This document shows positions 38,901 through 51,128 of a DNA stretch of 64,000 nt, one piece after another. The first letter of the stretch is position 1. Each line of letters begins with the position of its first letter. The notes below the pieces were generated by a model. The model did no database searches. It was not told where the DNA came from and worked only from the letters and a program-made list of their open reading frames with translations. This stretch comes from Podarcis tiliguerta (taxonomy: Eukaryota), in NCBI GenBank assembly GCA_965153285.1, contig OZ229119.1, one strand, 5' to 3'. The position numbers and the translations under genes are program-made.

Positions 38901-41581
38901 AGTAGCTACAGGTTACAATGGCAGAGTGACTGTGTTTCAGCCAGTGTAATTATTACGATCTGAAGGCAGGATCGGAAGACATCAGTTGGAATGCAGGATA
39001 AATGCACACCCAGTGGTAGAGTTGAGAACTGGGCTGAAGCATGAAGAATGGGAAGGAGAGCACCTTGGTGCTAGAACCTTTTCTCAGTTGCTCACTGTCT
39101 CCTCTCTATCCTGTGCCATGTGGACCAGCGGTATATCTGGTATTTTTGCAGGACTCCAGTACTTGAAAGATACTGGATGGACACCTGTGTAGCAGAAGCA
39201 GTCATATCCAACATGTGGCTGCACTCTTTACTCTATTATTGTGATGAGGAATCTGTGGCTGCTCCCTCATACATTGTTGGATTCCAACACCCATCAGTTC
39301 CAACCAGCATGGCCAATCATTAGGAATGATGGGAATTGTAGTCCAGCAACGTCCAGAGGACCAGAAGTTCCCCATCCCTGTCACCTTAAATGCTGAAAAG
39401 AAAACAATTTTGGTTCCCCTCCACATCAGCATTTAGTAGGCATTTTTTCTGAGGTGAAGGCTTGCCAAAGTTGTCACCCTTACTACTAATGCAGCTAATG
39501 TTGTTGTTTTTTATACTTCATATGAATAGATAGTATATAAATCTAAGAAGCACGCCTCTACCTTCTTGTTATTTCCTTGCTGTTTGTCTGGGAACTACTA
39601 TTTACCCTACGTAACACGGTATGTTACAATGTCAAAGCTGTGAATATTAGCATGGCAACACTAGGGCCTGTTTATGCATTTATGTAAACATGCAGATCAT
39701 CACTGCTACTAAATGTTATTTAATGTCATTTTCATTTGCAAAATTCAAAACATTGGAAAGTTCAGACTGTTTTAGTAAAACATCAGTATTAATTAAATTT
39801 TGACTCACCTATACAGCTATCATGTTGAAGTTTATTAATAGTGAGAGTTTTCAAGTATGTTCTCAGATTTATGTAACTGGTGATACTACCTCCCACCTCC
39901 AAACAATATTTTCATTGTTTTATGTATAACTTGCCTTGCCAACTGGGACCCCAAGCAAGGGCATTTTGGTACCTTTTCTATACACTCTTATGCAAGTTCC
40001 ACCTGCAACCTACATGTAAAAAAGACAGAAGTGTAATTACATCTAACTTTAGTTTGCTAGCCTTTAAAAATAAATAAGGGTCATGGTTGTGTGATACTTT
40101 CCTTTGAAAAGCTGTGCTTCCTAATGGATTGCCATCTGTTCAGCCTTTTGCCAGGAAATATTTATCCTGCTTAATGTGGTCACCACAGAGGTGGAGCTGC
40201 AGATTACACACTGAGCTTCTAAAAAGAAGAAAACACACATTCTTCCTCCTAACCAATGCTCTCCCTTTTCTTTATCTAACACTTTATCTAAGCTTTCCTT
40301 TGTTTGATTTGTGTGCCATAAACCACACATTTCAGAAATCAATTTTAAGCCATGTAATTGTGGACATCATATTATAAATTCCTCTGCTCTTCATCAGAAT
40401 CCAACAAAGCAGAGACTGTCTAAATTTTAAATGGAGACTGAACATATCTTTTCTACATTGAATGTACAGCAGGAACCTCTCTATCTTGTTTTTAGAGTCT
40501 GTTGTAATCCTCTACAGAGCATACAATTATAATGAAGACACTGGCTTTAATCATTCCCAAATCAAGTACAAGACTTTAAAATTCTTTAGGAAGCTTAATC
40601 CATACAGATAAAGATTAAAAAAAAAAATGAAATGCTTTAAAGACTCTGAAACCATGTGGATGGAATTTATTTGATTTAATTCAGTAGAATGCACAAATAA
40701 GTAGTGTTAAACAGCAAATAAGAAAGCAAATTATTATTCTTACCTGTTTCAGGTAAGCACAATACCCCTATATTTCAAGTAAGCATAATAGGCCAAATGC
40801 CTATTAGGAACTATGCCAATCTTTTAAAGTATTTAAAAGATTTTATCATTTAACCATTTTTTATCCCTAGTGTAACAGTAGGTTTGCAATACAAAACTTC
40901 ATTTGTTTTGCTAAGTTTTAAAAATAAATACAACTTCAGTAATTCTGCCTTGTAACTTAATTATAGCAGTGAAGAATGCAACAGTATCCCTCAGTTGCAG
41001 CATCAAGGATAACAGTGATAATGTAACAGTCGCTAAATGGGAAAAATGTGGTATAGTGGTTATTAGACTGGAAGGATATTTAAATCCCCACTCAGTCATT
41101 AAGCTCAGTGAGTGAGCCTGGGCCAGTCACTATCTCTCAGTTTAGCCCACCTTACAGGGTTATTCTCAGTGCAATGAAGAAGAAGAATATTCTTCTTTGA
41201 AGGAAAGGTGGGGGAGAAATTTGACTAACAACCAATCAATTAGCTGTCTTTAGTGATATACCATGCTCCCACTACAAACAGCAGTGGTATCAAATTAAAA
41301 GCCTACAGGGAAGGAATCAAGTGGTTAGTTTAACTAACTTAAACCAAGATAAAAAATTCCCCCTTATATGAAATTCTTAAAGGTATAGTCTCTCTAAGGC
41401 TATAGATCTGGAAGCCCTATCTCCACAATAGTCTCCAGTCCCAAATAGTCTCCAGTCCCCAATACTTCCACCCACACCAGGGCTGTCTCCTCTACCTGCC
41501 CTTTCCTTGACTCTGGGCTCTCCGCTCCTCATTTTCCATATCTTGGGGGTCTTCTCCAAGTGAGTCTTCTATTTCTCAGTA

Positions 41582-41716
41582 CAGGGTTGGGGAACCTGTG
41601 GCCCTCCAGGTATTACTGGAATTCAACTCCTATCTTCCCCAGCTAAAGTGATCATCAGGGATTGAAGGGAGTTGTAGCACAGCAACATCAGGAGGGTTTC
41701 AGATTCCTGCCCCCTG
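41582..41716. mobile_element. Short hAT-type MITE (related degenerate copy about 39250-39380)
   Basis: cagggttggggaac...cccctg termini with internal caactcc / ggagttg inverted arms. Confidence 0.65.
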
Positions 41717-42279
41717 CTTTTTGGCATGCTCTTCCTTTCCTAAGGTCTCTATTAGGGTTTAATTTCAGCCAAACTGCCAGCTTTCTCTTTTCTCACAGGA
41801 ACCAGACTGCAAACATTCTGCCAGTTTGGGAACGGGTTTAGCTATTCCATGGCATCACACCAGCTCAGCCAATTGGCACCAGAAGCTTCACCATAGCAGC
41901 GCAATGCAATACAGACTGGGATCAGAAGCACAAGAGCTTTCAAATCAGATTTGATTCTGGTTCTGTACACGTGCAAGCCTTTTCTCACCCTGCGAGGGCT
42001 TATTTTTCTAGCAGATGCTTGATGGAGGACGTGACGATGGGCGAAAAGAGCCCCCGAAAAGTAATCCACAGTTCCTCTACCACTGCTGTGGATAGATCAG
42101 TACACTGCAAGGAGAAATCAGCTCCCGGCCATGCTATGCAGCGAAATAAGTAAACAGCAATGAAGACTGATTACTCCAAACCACATTAGTAATCCTTGTG
42201 CGGCCAAACTGTGACAAATGAGTAGCTTCCCCCTCCCAATGCATTTCCAATGCACGCTTACGTATGGAGTTGCGAATCT

Positions 42280-43330
42280 CCTCCACACCGATTGCTATTC
42301 TGGACCGTGGGCTTTTGCATTTATTTCTGGCGACAGGGCTCTTCTTAAGAAACCTGCCATTTTGGTGCAGGTGGGTACACCCGCGAGTCCCTGATCTCCA
42401 GGCAACGGGATCGTGATGACCTGGGGCAATCCGGCTCCCCAGTCTTCCCAAACTGGCGCAGAAGCTCACACAAAGTTTCCCTCTTTTTCATCCTCCCACC
42501 CCAAGACCCATTCGCTCGCTGCCTCGAGTCTCCCTCCGCGCTCATCGGAAGCCCCAGCTGATCCCAGCAGCTCGGCCGCCGGCGCCCTTCTCCGAGGCTC
42601 GAGGCTGCCCTTTCCCGCCCGGCAAAAGCCGGACGCTTGACTCCGGCGCAGGATTCAAGCGAGAGGTCACTGCGGCGGCGGCGGCAGGTCACGGCTCCCT
42701 ACTTGGCGCACTTGCCCGCCTGCTCTCGGCTCCTTCAGCCAAAAGGCAGCAGCGGACAAGCGAGGCAGCCTCTCAAGGATGGCTCGGTTCCCAGGACCCT
42801 TTCGTGGAAACAGCAGCAATGGGGCTCCAATGGCCCCGGACGGACAAGGCATCCTCGAAGCCCGCCCCCCCCCCCCTCAGCGAGCAAGGCGGGGCGGACC
42901 TGAGGCGGCGGCGCGCTTACCTCGGTCCAAAGTGAGCGGCTGGACGGCTGTCAGCGTCGTCGCCATGTCTGCAGCGCCGCGGAGGCTGAAATGACGCTCG
43001 GCTCCAGTGTGAGGCGGGAGAGGGTGGCTGGGGGAGGGAGGGGCGGCGAGGGTGGGGCTACGCGAGGAGGAGGGGGCGAAGGGGAGACGCGCGTGGCCGG
43101 GAGGGTGGCGCGAGGGCGCAGCGGCGCGCGCCCAGGGGAGGCTAGGAGACGCCGCCGAGCGGACGGGGCAGTTGTCAGGCGGGCGGGAAAAGGGGAAGAG
43201 CGGCAGGCAGGGGTCACGCCGAGGCCAGCCGCATCCCTGGGCAACAGCTAGGGCGTGAGCGGAGTTTCAGGGGAGACGTGCAAAGACTCACGGGAGCTGG
43301 AAGGAGCCTGGACGCGTAACAGCCCGCTTC
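42280..43330. promoter_or_regulatory. CpG island / LIN7A promoter and 5' UTR
   Basis: Very high GC and CpG density against a CpG-depleted background. GC boxes (GGGGCGG, GGGCGGG) surround exon 1. Confidence 0.88.
42921..42966 (-). CDS. LIN7A: LIN7A coding exon 1 (MATTLTAVQPLTLDR+G)
   Basis: ATG at 42966-42964 in good Kozak context (gacATGG). Peptide matches LIN7A MATLTVVQPLTLDR. Donor G|GTAAGC; 46 nt, phase 1. Confidence 0.93.
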
Positions 43331-46300
43331 TGCCATTCCCACCTCCCCTTCCAAGTCATGAGGTGGTGGCTTTAAGACTCTGGACCCTCGTTCTAGGGGT
43401 GACACCGTTCAGACGACCTGTGTGTGACCAGATGAGAGTAGCAGAACTAGAACTTCTTCCCTCCTGCCCCTGCCCCCCGTTCCAAAAACATAAATAAAAA
43501 ATCCCATGTTTTAGGACTGTTCCTACATTTCTGGACCTGATAGGATAGTGTGTAACAAACAAACCAAACAAATTTGCCAACCCCGTTTTGAAAGAAAGAC
43601 TCTATGTGCAGTTTTTCACTTTAAACCCACTTCAATCATAGTAAAGTGGAGGTTTGCTCCTGACTTGCGAATAAGTGCTGGGTTGCTGTAGAAAAGGATG
43701 AAGTAAAAATCATAAAATGAGCACCTGCAACCCCAGACAATACAATGTTTTTTAAAAAACGTAAGTTTGGAAAGGATGCCATCAGCATCAGTAGTCCCAG
43801 GAGACCCTGGGCATGCTCATGCCAGCCTAGGTGCAGACACAGGATGCCAAGCCGGGGAGGCCTACATTTTATCCTAAGACTCAGCCCTAGCTGTACCACT
43901 GCCCTTCTGAATAACACATAATGTCAGATACCACAGTGTCCCTCATGCAGGAGCAAACAAGGCACAGCACGGATAACCTGAGATGAACCAAGAAAGTGGG
44001 CCACACAAGCTGTGGAGGAAGGAAGAAGGAAAATTAGATACTCCCTGTAGGTGGATACTAGACCATATGTCATGCCGACTAGAAACAACTCGGAAGCAAA
44101 ACCATGTGGATCAAAGAATCCCAGGTGGTTGTCCTTGCCAACAAATCCACCTGTGACACTTCAGCACCAACGGATCAAGTAACTCACATCATGCAGACTG
44201 CGGAAAATGCCACATGCAGAGAGCAGTAATGAACACTGCAAAGCAGCATAACCAGTTATGCTTATACAGAGCAGAAATAGCCCAAGAGGACCCAAATGAA
44301 TCTACAAAGCAACACTTAGGAAGAAAGCTCTCTCCTCCTCAAACACCAGATGTGATTACATGAGCATAACAAATCCCAGTGGATCAGATCTTCATATATA
44401 CATACCTACACACAAGCCATGATGTGTTGGCAGCTTTGAAGAAAACCAACAGGGAACCTTGTGGCACCTTAAACACTTAAGACATTTTATTATGGCATAA
44501 GCTGAAGAGGAAGAGATGGAGAACAAGGTGTGGGTGGGTGGAGAAATCACACACATCTCAGACACACTTTTGCGCATACACACATTGATTATAGGTAGAT
44601 ACATTTGTACACAGCCCAGATGCATAGCACAGCAAAGAAAGATGTGCAGTCCCTCTGTGGACATACATACTGTGAGAATCAGATGTAGTGTTAAATTCTA
44701 GCAGAACAGCTGCACTACCATTGCTGTCTGTTACGATGTCTTAAAGACTAACACATGTGGCATGAGGCTTCACAGACAAGAGCCTAATTCATCAGCTGCA
44801 GATTTGTCTGTTTACAAAGTGATATGGAGTCAGATGTTTACACACAGAAAAAGCACACATTGATATGTGTCTGTGAAGTCAGAGTTAATGGTACACAGAT
44901 AGAAAGGGCCTCACTGAGTGATCTACTCCTGATAGGATTCTGCATTAGTAATGACAACAAACTCCCAGTGACATCTTTTTTGGAGGCTGGCTACTCTCTG
45001 GTGCTGCCTAAATATATAATTCCTATTATCTTCCACTGACCCTTATAAGAAAATAATTGGAAAGTTTCCTCCTAGGTGCCTCAGAACAGAAGAACTGCTT
45101 CACTTGGGCACCACTTGTAACCAATGAATTTTTGGTAAGAGAAGTTAATGCTCAGGTGCTTCCTTTTCCAGAACTACAATCCTGCCTGGGAAAAATTCAC
45201 TTCAGCAGACGAATCATGGATGGCCAAAACACTGGACACTTATGTAATGGAAAGTCATTTTCCCCCTTTAGATTTGCCTAATACATTCCATGCCATTCCA
45301 CTGTTTGGAACAATGTGAGGGATACATTGGAACACTAGAAAGCCCAGTTGGGTCAGCTCAAAGGCCTGTTTTGTCCAGCATCTTGTTTCTCACAGTGGCC
45401 TGCTCTGGGAAGCTCACAAGCAGGACAGTGGCACTCTTCCACTATAATTGCTTCTGATGCTGGAGGTACGACATAACACCATGTCTAAGGGTTTATTCGT
45501 GCTTCCTCTTGTCCCACTGCTTTCCCACTCTTTAGCACTCAATCAAAGCAAACAGCAATTTAGGTTTTCCTTGGATTTACATTTGTTCTGATCTATCTCT
45601 AAATATCAGGTTTTCCCTTGGAAAGGAGCAAGGGCAAGGGGGAAACCTCTTGGACCTATGCTTTCCAGGCACAACACAAGCAGAAGTATGGATGAACCCA
45701 ACAGTCACCGATAGCCTTAACCTCCATGGAGTTGTCTAAGCTGATACCCATCATCATATCTTGTGGGAGCAAATTCCAACTATGTGTTGTGTGAAGAAGT
45801 ACTTCCCTTTGAAGAGAATGTGTATTTCAATAACCTCTTAATACCTGCCATTGGTGATTGTCATCTTCTGGGGGCATGTACAGCTGTTTAGTTATTATTG
45901 TAAAAGTCACCATCTTAATACAGCTTATGCAATTGCTATGAACACTGAGGTTGTTCTAAGAAGGTAGATATTTATCTGTACAGTTTCCATATATTACCAG
46001 CTTTAAAGTCAAATGGTCACCATGCAGACTAAGTTAAAGGAGCCACGTTGCATTTCTTGGAAACTAGTGGGTCTCATTGGGACGGAAGCATGGGTTTTTT
46101 GTGTTTTTTTTTTTGGTATTGTGCCATATGTGGACAAATACATCCAAATAAGCTCTTTTCTCTAGAAACATAGACTACAGATTATAGTCCAGTCCTATAA
46201 ATCTGCTTTGATAGGTGCAATGTTGTAAGCGACATATACCCCAGAAGCTAAAGTGGGATCCTGTGTTTGCCCAGTGGGGCACAGCCAGCCAAATCTGACT

Positions 46301-47526
46301 TATCTGCCAACAGAACAAAAACACAAACTGGGCTAAAATGATCTGATTCTTCAGCCACTTAAGTGGGCTTTTTAGCATATGGATATGGTGCACAGGACCT
46401 ACCAGTGGGGCTGTACAAGAACTTCTTTAATTGTATCAGGGGGAAAAATCAATCTTAATTGTAGCCACATTGAGGACTGCTGTCGATGGCCACAGAAAGT
46501 TCATATGCATCTGCTTCCACTTGTAAACAAACCACAACTCCAGACTTTGGAGACTGTGGTTTGTTTAAGCTATGATTTAGTCAAAACAAGTCAGGATCAA
46601 ATTTTAGATCCAGTTTCTATAGTTACTTTGTCATGTTGCTTATTTTTTAACTGGAGCACACATCGGTTCTGTTGCCATTACTGTAATAGCACTCTGTGAA
46701 AACCATCTGCTTAAGGCTCTCAAAACGGCACTGCTCTGATTAACTGGAAGTTCACAGTAGAAGCTGTCATATTTGCCTTCAAGCTGACCCACATTCTGTT
46801 TCATGCTGGGGGGAAAAAATTCTAATGACTTCAGTACTGCTGATAGGTTTACAATCAAAGGCTTCCACCCTGCCCCAGTGGATGTAAACAGTTCTGGGTG
46901 GAAGAAGTGTTCAAAAGACACTCTTAATGGTAAATAGTTGAATTTTTCCTGCTGGTGACAGGGAAGATGAGCTCACTGATACTCATCATGTCAGTTATAA
47001 TCAAATACGCCGGCATCTAGCTCCTACTATGTCTGTCTCTACTGCTGCTTTTAAAGGTCAAAATAATTTAGGAAATTGAGGATTGAGGGTCAAACTACAT
47101 GTCTGCATTTGCTTCTGCAGCACACATGAGAGGATACATGGATTGGGTTCAGTGCCATTATTATTATGTTCCTATTGTCACATCATCATGATAGGTGCAT
47201 GGCAACCTAGTTGTCAGGTACGATGTTGGTGTTCCTGTAGTTTTCTGTTTTTGCACTCTTTGCTGTTGGAAGAGAATAAGAGCATGGCTAGGTTATGGTG
47301 GTGTTAGTAGAAGCATAGAATCAGCATAGATATTATGAAGAAACTTTAATTTAGGTTGTGAGTGACAGAGATTAAAATTTATGTGTGTTCAATAATCTCT
47401 CCGGGTAAAACTACATGGAGTCCTAAATTGTGAGAATATTTTCTCCAAGGTTTTAATGTTATTATTTTACCCAAACCAGGTAGAAGAAGATGCAATAAAG
47501 ATTGGAAGTTTACACAGGGAGATAGA

Positions 47527-47830
47527 TCATAGAATTGTAGAGTTGGAAGACACCCCGGGTCCTCTAGTCCAACTCCGTGCAATGCAGGAATCTCAACTAG
47601 ATCATACGTGACAGGTGGCCATCCACTCTCTGCTTGAAAACCTCCAAGGAAGGAGAGTCCACCACTCCTCCTGGGAGTCTGTTCTACTGTTGAACATCTC
47701 TTACCGTCAGAAAGTTCTTCCTGTTGTTTTCTTGGAATCTCCTTTTGTGTAACCTGAATCCATTGGTTCGAGTGCTAGCTTCTGGAGCAGGAGAAGCTTG
47801 TTCCATCCTCCAGGCAGCTTCAAGATGAAA
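47527..47830 (-). mobile_element. CR1 3' fragment
   Basis: catagaattgtagagttggaag...cagaaagttcttcct, homologous to the 3' end of the 54404 element. Confidence 0.85.
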
Positions 47831-48320
47831 TATCAATCATCTGGAATCTTTTCTGGTGAGTCGCTTTCCCAAATTTTCCACCCACAGGTTTTCCAGAACA
47901 GGGAAAGAAGACATTCCCCCCTATCAACCATGGAAACAACATTTCTTTGCACTGATACTGCATTAGTTTGTAAAGTTCCCCACTTTACCTGAAAACTCCT
48001 GTTTTCAACTTTCCTCCTAATACACAAGAGATCCTCTACAAACAGTTACATTTTGATTTCAGAAGTTTGAATTTTTGCTAGTATGTTGCTTAGTGTCATA
48101 TAGTGTTACTTAGTTTCCTGTTGAGAGAATTCAAGGCTACAAGAGAAGTAATTTGAAAAAGGAAAGACTGTCAAACTCCCAAACTGATTTTTTAAATAAA
48201 TATTGTAACAGAGGAAGTTGAATTAAATATGCTGATACAATATAGCATCTAAAGAAACTAACTGAAAGAAAATTAAATCCCCTCACCTGTATTGTAAAGG
48301 TTTGTTCTTCCAATGTGTAA

Positions 48321-48369
<49 letters not shown>
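48321..48369. repeat. (AAT)n microsatellite
   Basis: Direct inspection. Confidence 0.95.
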
Positions 48370-49464
48370 TTCCTTGGCCAACATGCCATCAGACTGGGCA
48401 TCATCTAGCAGAAGGAAATATCTAAAGAATTCAGAATTTGTTGAATTTACAAACTGAGATCCAATAACTTTCTGAATTCACCCTTGTTAGAATTCCTGTT
48501 TAATAATCTAATCCCTCTCCATATGGGAGAAGCTATATATTAGTGATAGTACTTTACACATACTTTGCACACACAATTCCCAGGTTTAGTCCCTTGTACC
48601 TCCACCTAAATAAATGCTGGGAAGAAGTACTGAGAAAGACCTGAACCTGATACCCTGGAGACCTGTTACAAGTCACAGCAAACATAGCAACATACCATCT
48701 AGCTCAGTACTGGCTACCCTGACTGGCAGCAGCTTTCCAGGGTTTCAGACAGGGATCTCTCTTCCAGCCCCACCTGGAGGTGCTGGAGACAGAACATGAG
48801 AATGTCTGCATGCAAAGCAGATGCTCTGTTGCTTTGGACCCCAGTAAGATGGATCAGTCAGTAGTCTGACTTGGTACAAGGTAACTTCATATGTTTATGG
48901 GATTTCCTCCTGCCACAGAATCTATCTTGAATATGCTATGAAGCATCAAAGGCAAGAGGAAGCATTTATTTTCTCCCCACCACCACCACGAAATTTCAAA
49001 ACAATCTAAAAACAATGTCTAAAAAGCCAATGGAAATGATATTATGGTGACATCTGGGGGGCTCATGAGAATTAAGATTCAATTGATTTCAAACTAGGGA
49101 TATAAATATATTTGCTATCATTGCAGAGCAGTTTGCAGCTGTTACTAAAGGGAATTAATTGGTATCAGTGTAATGTATATAGAACCTCAAAAAAAAAAAA
49201 ATGATTACAGTTAAAGGTTTCGTTCTAAAACATGGGAGAGATTATTTCAGTGACATTGTTTTCAAAACTGAAAATTGTTTGTGACTATCTTAGAGAAAAG
49301 GCTTCTTTTAAACATATGAATGTGGCTTTATGGATTGGACCAAGTACAGATTAGAAATATATAACTACAAAGAGCAGATGGTGTGAGAGTTTTATTTGTA
49401 GCAAACAGCCTTTTTGATTCTATTGGGCCAAAATGAATTTAGGCCAGCAGTATGATTCTTTTTT

Positions 49465-49825
49465 GGGACGCGGGTGGCGCTGTGGGTAAAAGCCTCAGCA
49501 CCTAGGGCTTGCCGATCGAAAGGTCTATGGTTCAAATCCCCGCGGCGGGGTGCGCTCCCATTGTTCAGTCCCAGCGCCTGCCAACCTAGCAGTTCGAAAG
49601 CACTCCCAGGTGCAAGTAGATAAATAGGGACCGCTTACTACCAGGAAGGTAAACGGCATTTCCGTGTGCGGCTCTGGCTCGCCAGAGCAGCAATGTCACG
49701 CTGGCCACATGACCCGGAAGTGTCTCTGGACAGCGCTGGCCCCCGGCCTCTTGAGTGAGATGGGCGCACAACCCTAGAGTCTGTCAAGACTGGCCCGCAC
49801 GGGCAGGGGTACCTTTACCTTTACC
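49465..49825 (+). mobile_element. Sauria SINE, second subfamily
   Basis: Diagnostic aaaagcctcagc and ctgtcaagactggcccg variants; TSD tatgattctttt (49451-49462 / 49826-49837). Confidence 0.92.
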
Positions 49826-50638
49826 TATGATTCTTTTAAAGAAGTTTTCTTATAATATTTGAGTCTGTGAAAGCTCCCCTGCTTCACATAAAACAATGGC
49901 TTCAAAAGCTTTTGACGTACGTCCACTCCATAACTGCATATCTCAAGAGTGGTGTTAAAATTAATGTGCATTGCCTAGGAATCCAGAGGAGGAATATATT
50001 CCAAATTTTTACAGATTTAACACATCTATGGACACACACAGAGAGAAGTAAGCCCCACTGAACAAAGTTGAAATTATTTCCAATTAATGCCCATAGGTTT
50101 GTGCTGCAAGTCTTCCCAACCTTCTCTCCAGAAGTTTTGTTCAACCATTTCCATCTAGTTGACATTGTCAAGGGATAATTGGAAAAGCGCTTTTGGAGAT
50201 CAGGTTTGGCAGTGGTGTCAAGCTGCAATAAAAGACTTGTTCAGATTTCAAAAATAGTCATTCAACAGCCAGACTATTTACCTGTCTCATCGGTCACTGT
50301 GACAGTGCTGTCACAAGTCCAATTAACAGGCAGCGTTCCAGCTGTTCCTTCAACTCCATACCCACTACTCATTAACTGACAACTGAAAGTTAGCTGTAAT
50401 GCAACTTTCAACAAGACATTTCCAACAAATCTTGTCTTCCAGTAAGGTAAGTTTCAACCAGACATTTCTAGCCCCCTAGTCCTTGTTCAAGGCTGCATCC
50501 ACTCAATCACTATTGTGTTTTGCAAGGAAGCTTACTCAATATGGAGGTCTTGAAAACTTGGAAATATTTTCTTCCTCGTTGCTTCTTATTTTGGCCCAGT
50601 CATATGGTAACTTCATAACCCACTGCAGTGTGGTGTAA

Positions 50639-50855
50639 GAGAACCAGTGTGGTGTAATGGTTAGTGTGTTGCACTATGACCTGAGAGACCAGAGTTCAAA
50701 TCCCTACTCAGCCATGAAGCTCACTGGGTGACCTTGGACCAATCACTGTCTCTCAGCCTAAGTTACCTGACAGGTTGTTGTGAGGATAAAATGGGGTGGG
50801 GAGAACCATCTACCTTTTTTCAAGTCCCTTGGGGGAGGTGGTATATAAATGCAAT
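50639..50855 (+). mobile_element. tRNA-derived CORE-type SINE (Squam3-like); degenerate copies about 41047-41200 (+), 20045-20160 (+), 9250-9490 (-)
   Basis: gagaaccagtgtggtgtaatggttag A box, gagttcaaatcc B box, ctgggtgaccttgg..ctctcagcct core. Confidence 0.75.
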
Positions 50856-51089
50856 GCAATCAATCAATCCATAGAAATTTATCATTAAATTATTCTTCCT
50901 GTGTTTATTTATTCATTCAATCATTTACTTTCTGTGGTTATAGATTGCCCTATAATAAAGCCAGGACAGATTACAGTGAGAAATAAAAAGAAATGGAATG
51001 ATAATGATACATTAAAAAACTGCTCTTTAGCCATAGCATCCACAGTGTGTATCTTAATTACAGAATAAGTTTAATTATTCAGATAACAA

Positions 51090-51128
51090 TATGTATGTAT
51101 GCATGCATGTATGTATGTATGTATGTAT
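51090..51128. repeat. (TATG)n/(CATG) tetranucleotide repeat; (CATT)n at 11056-11077
   Basis: Direct inspection. Confidence 0.85.

Noticed and set aside
42134-43497. Cluster of Arg/Pro/Gly-rich ORFs
   Set aside because: Expected from stop-codon scarcity in a CpG island. Only the LIN7A exon 1 frame and the CUG uORF segment have support.
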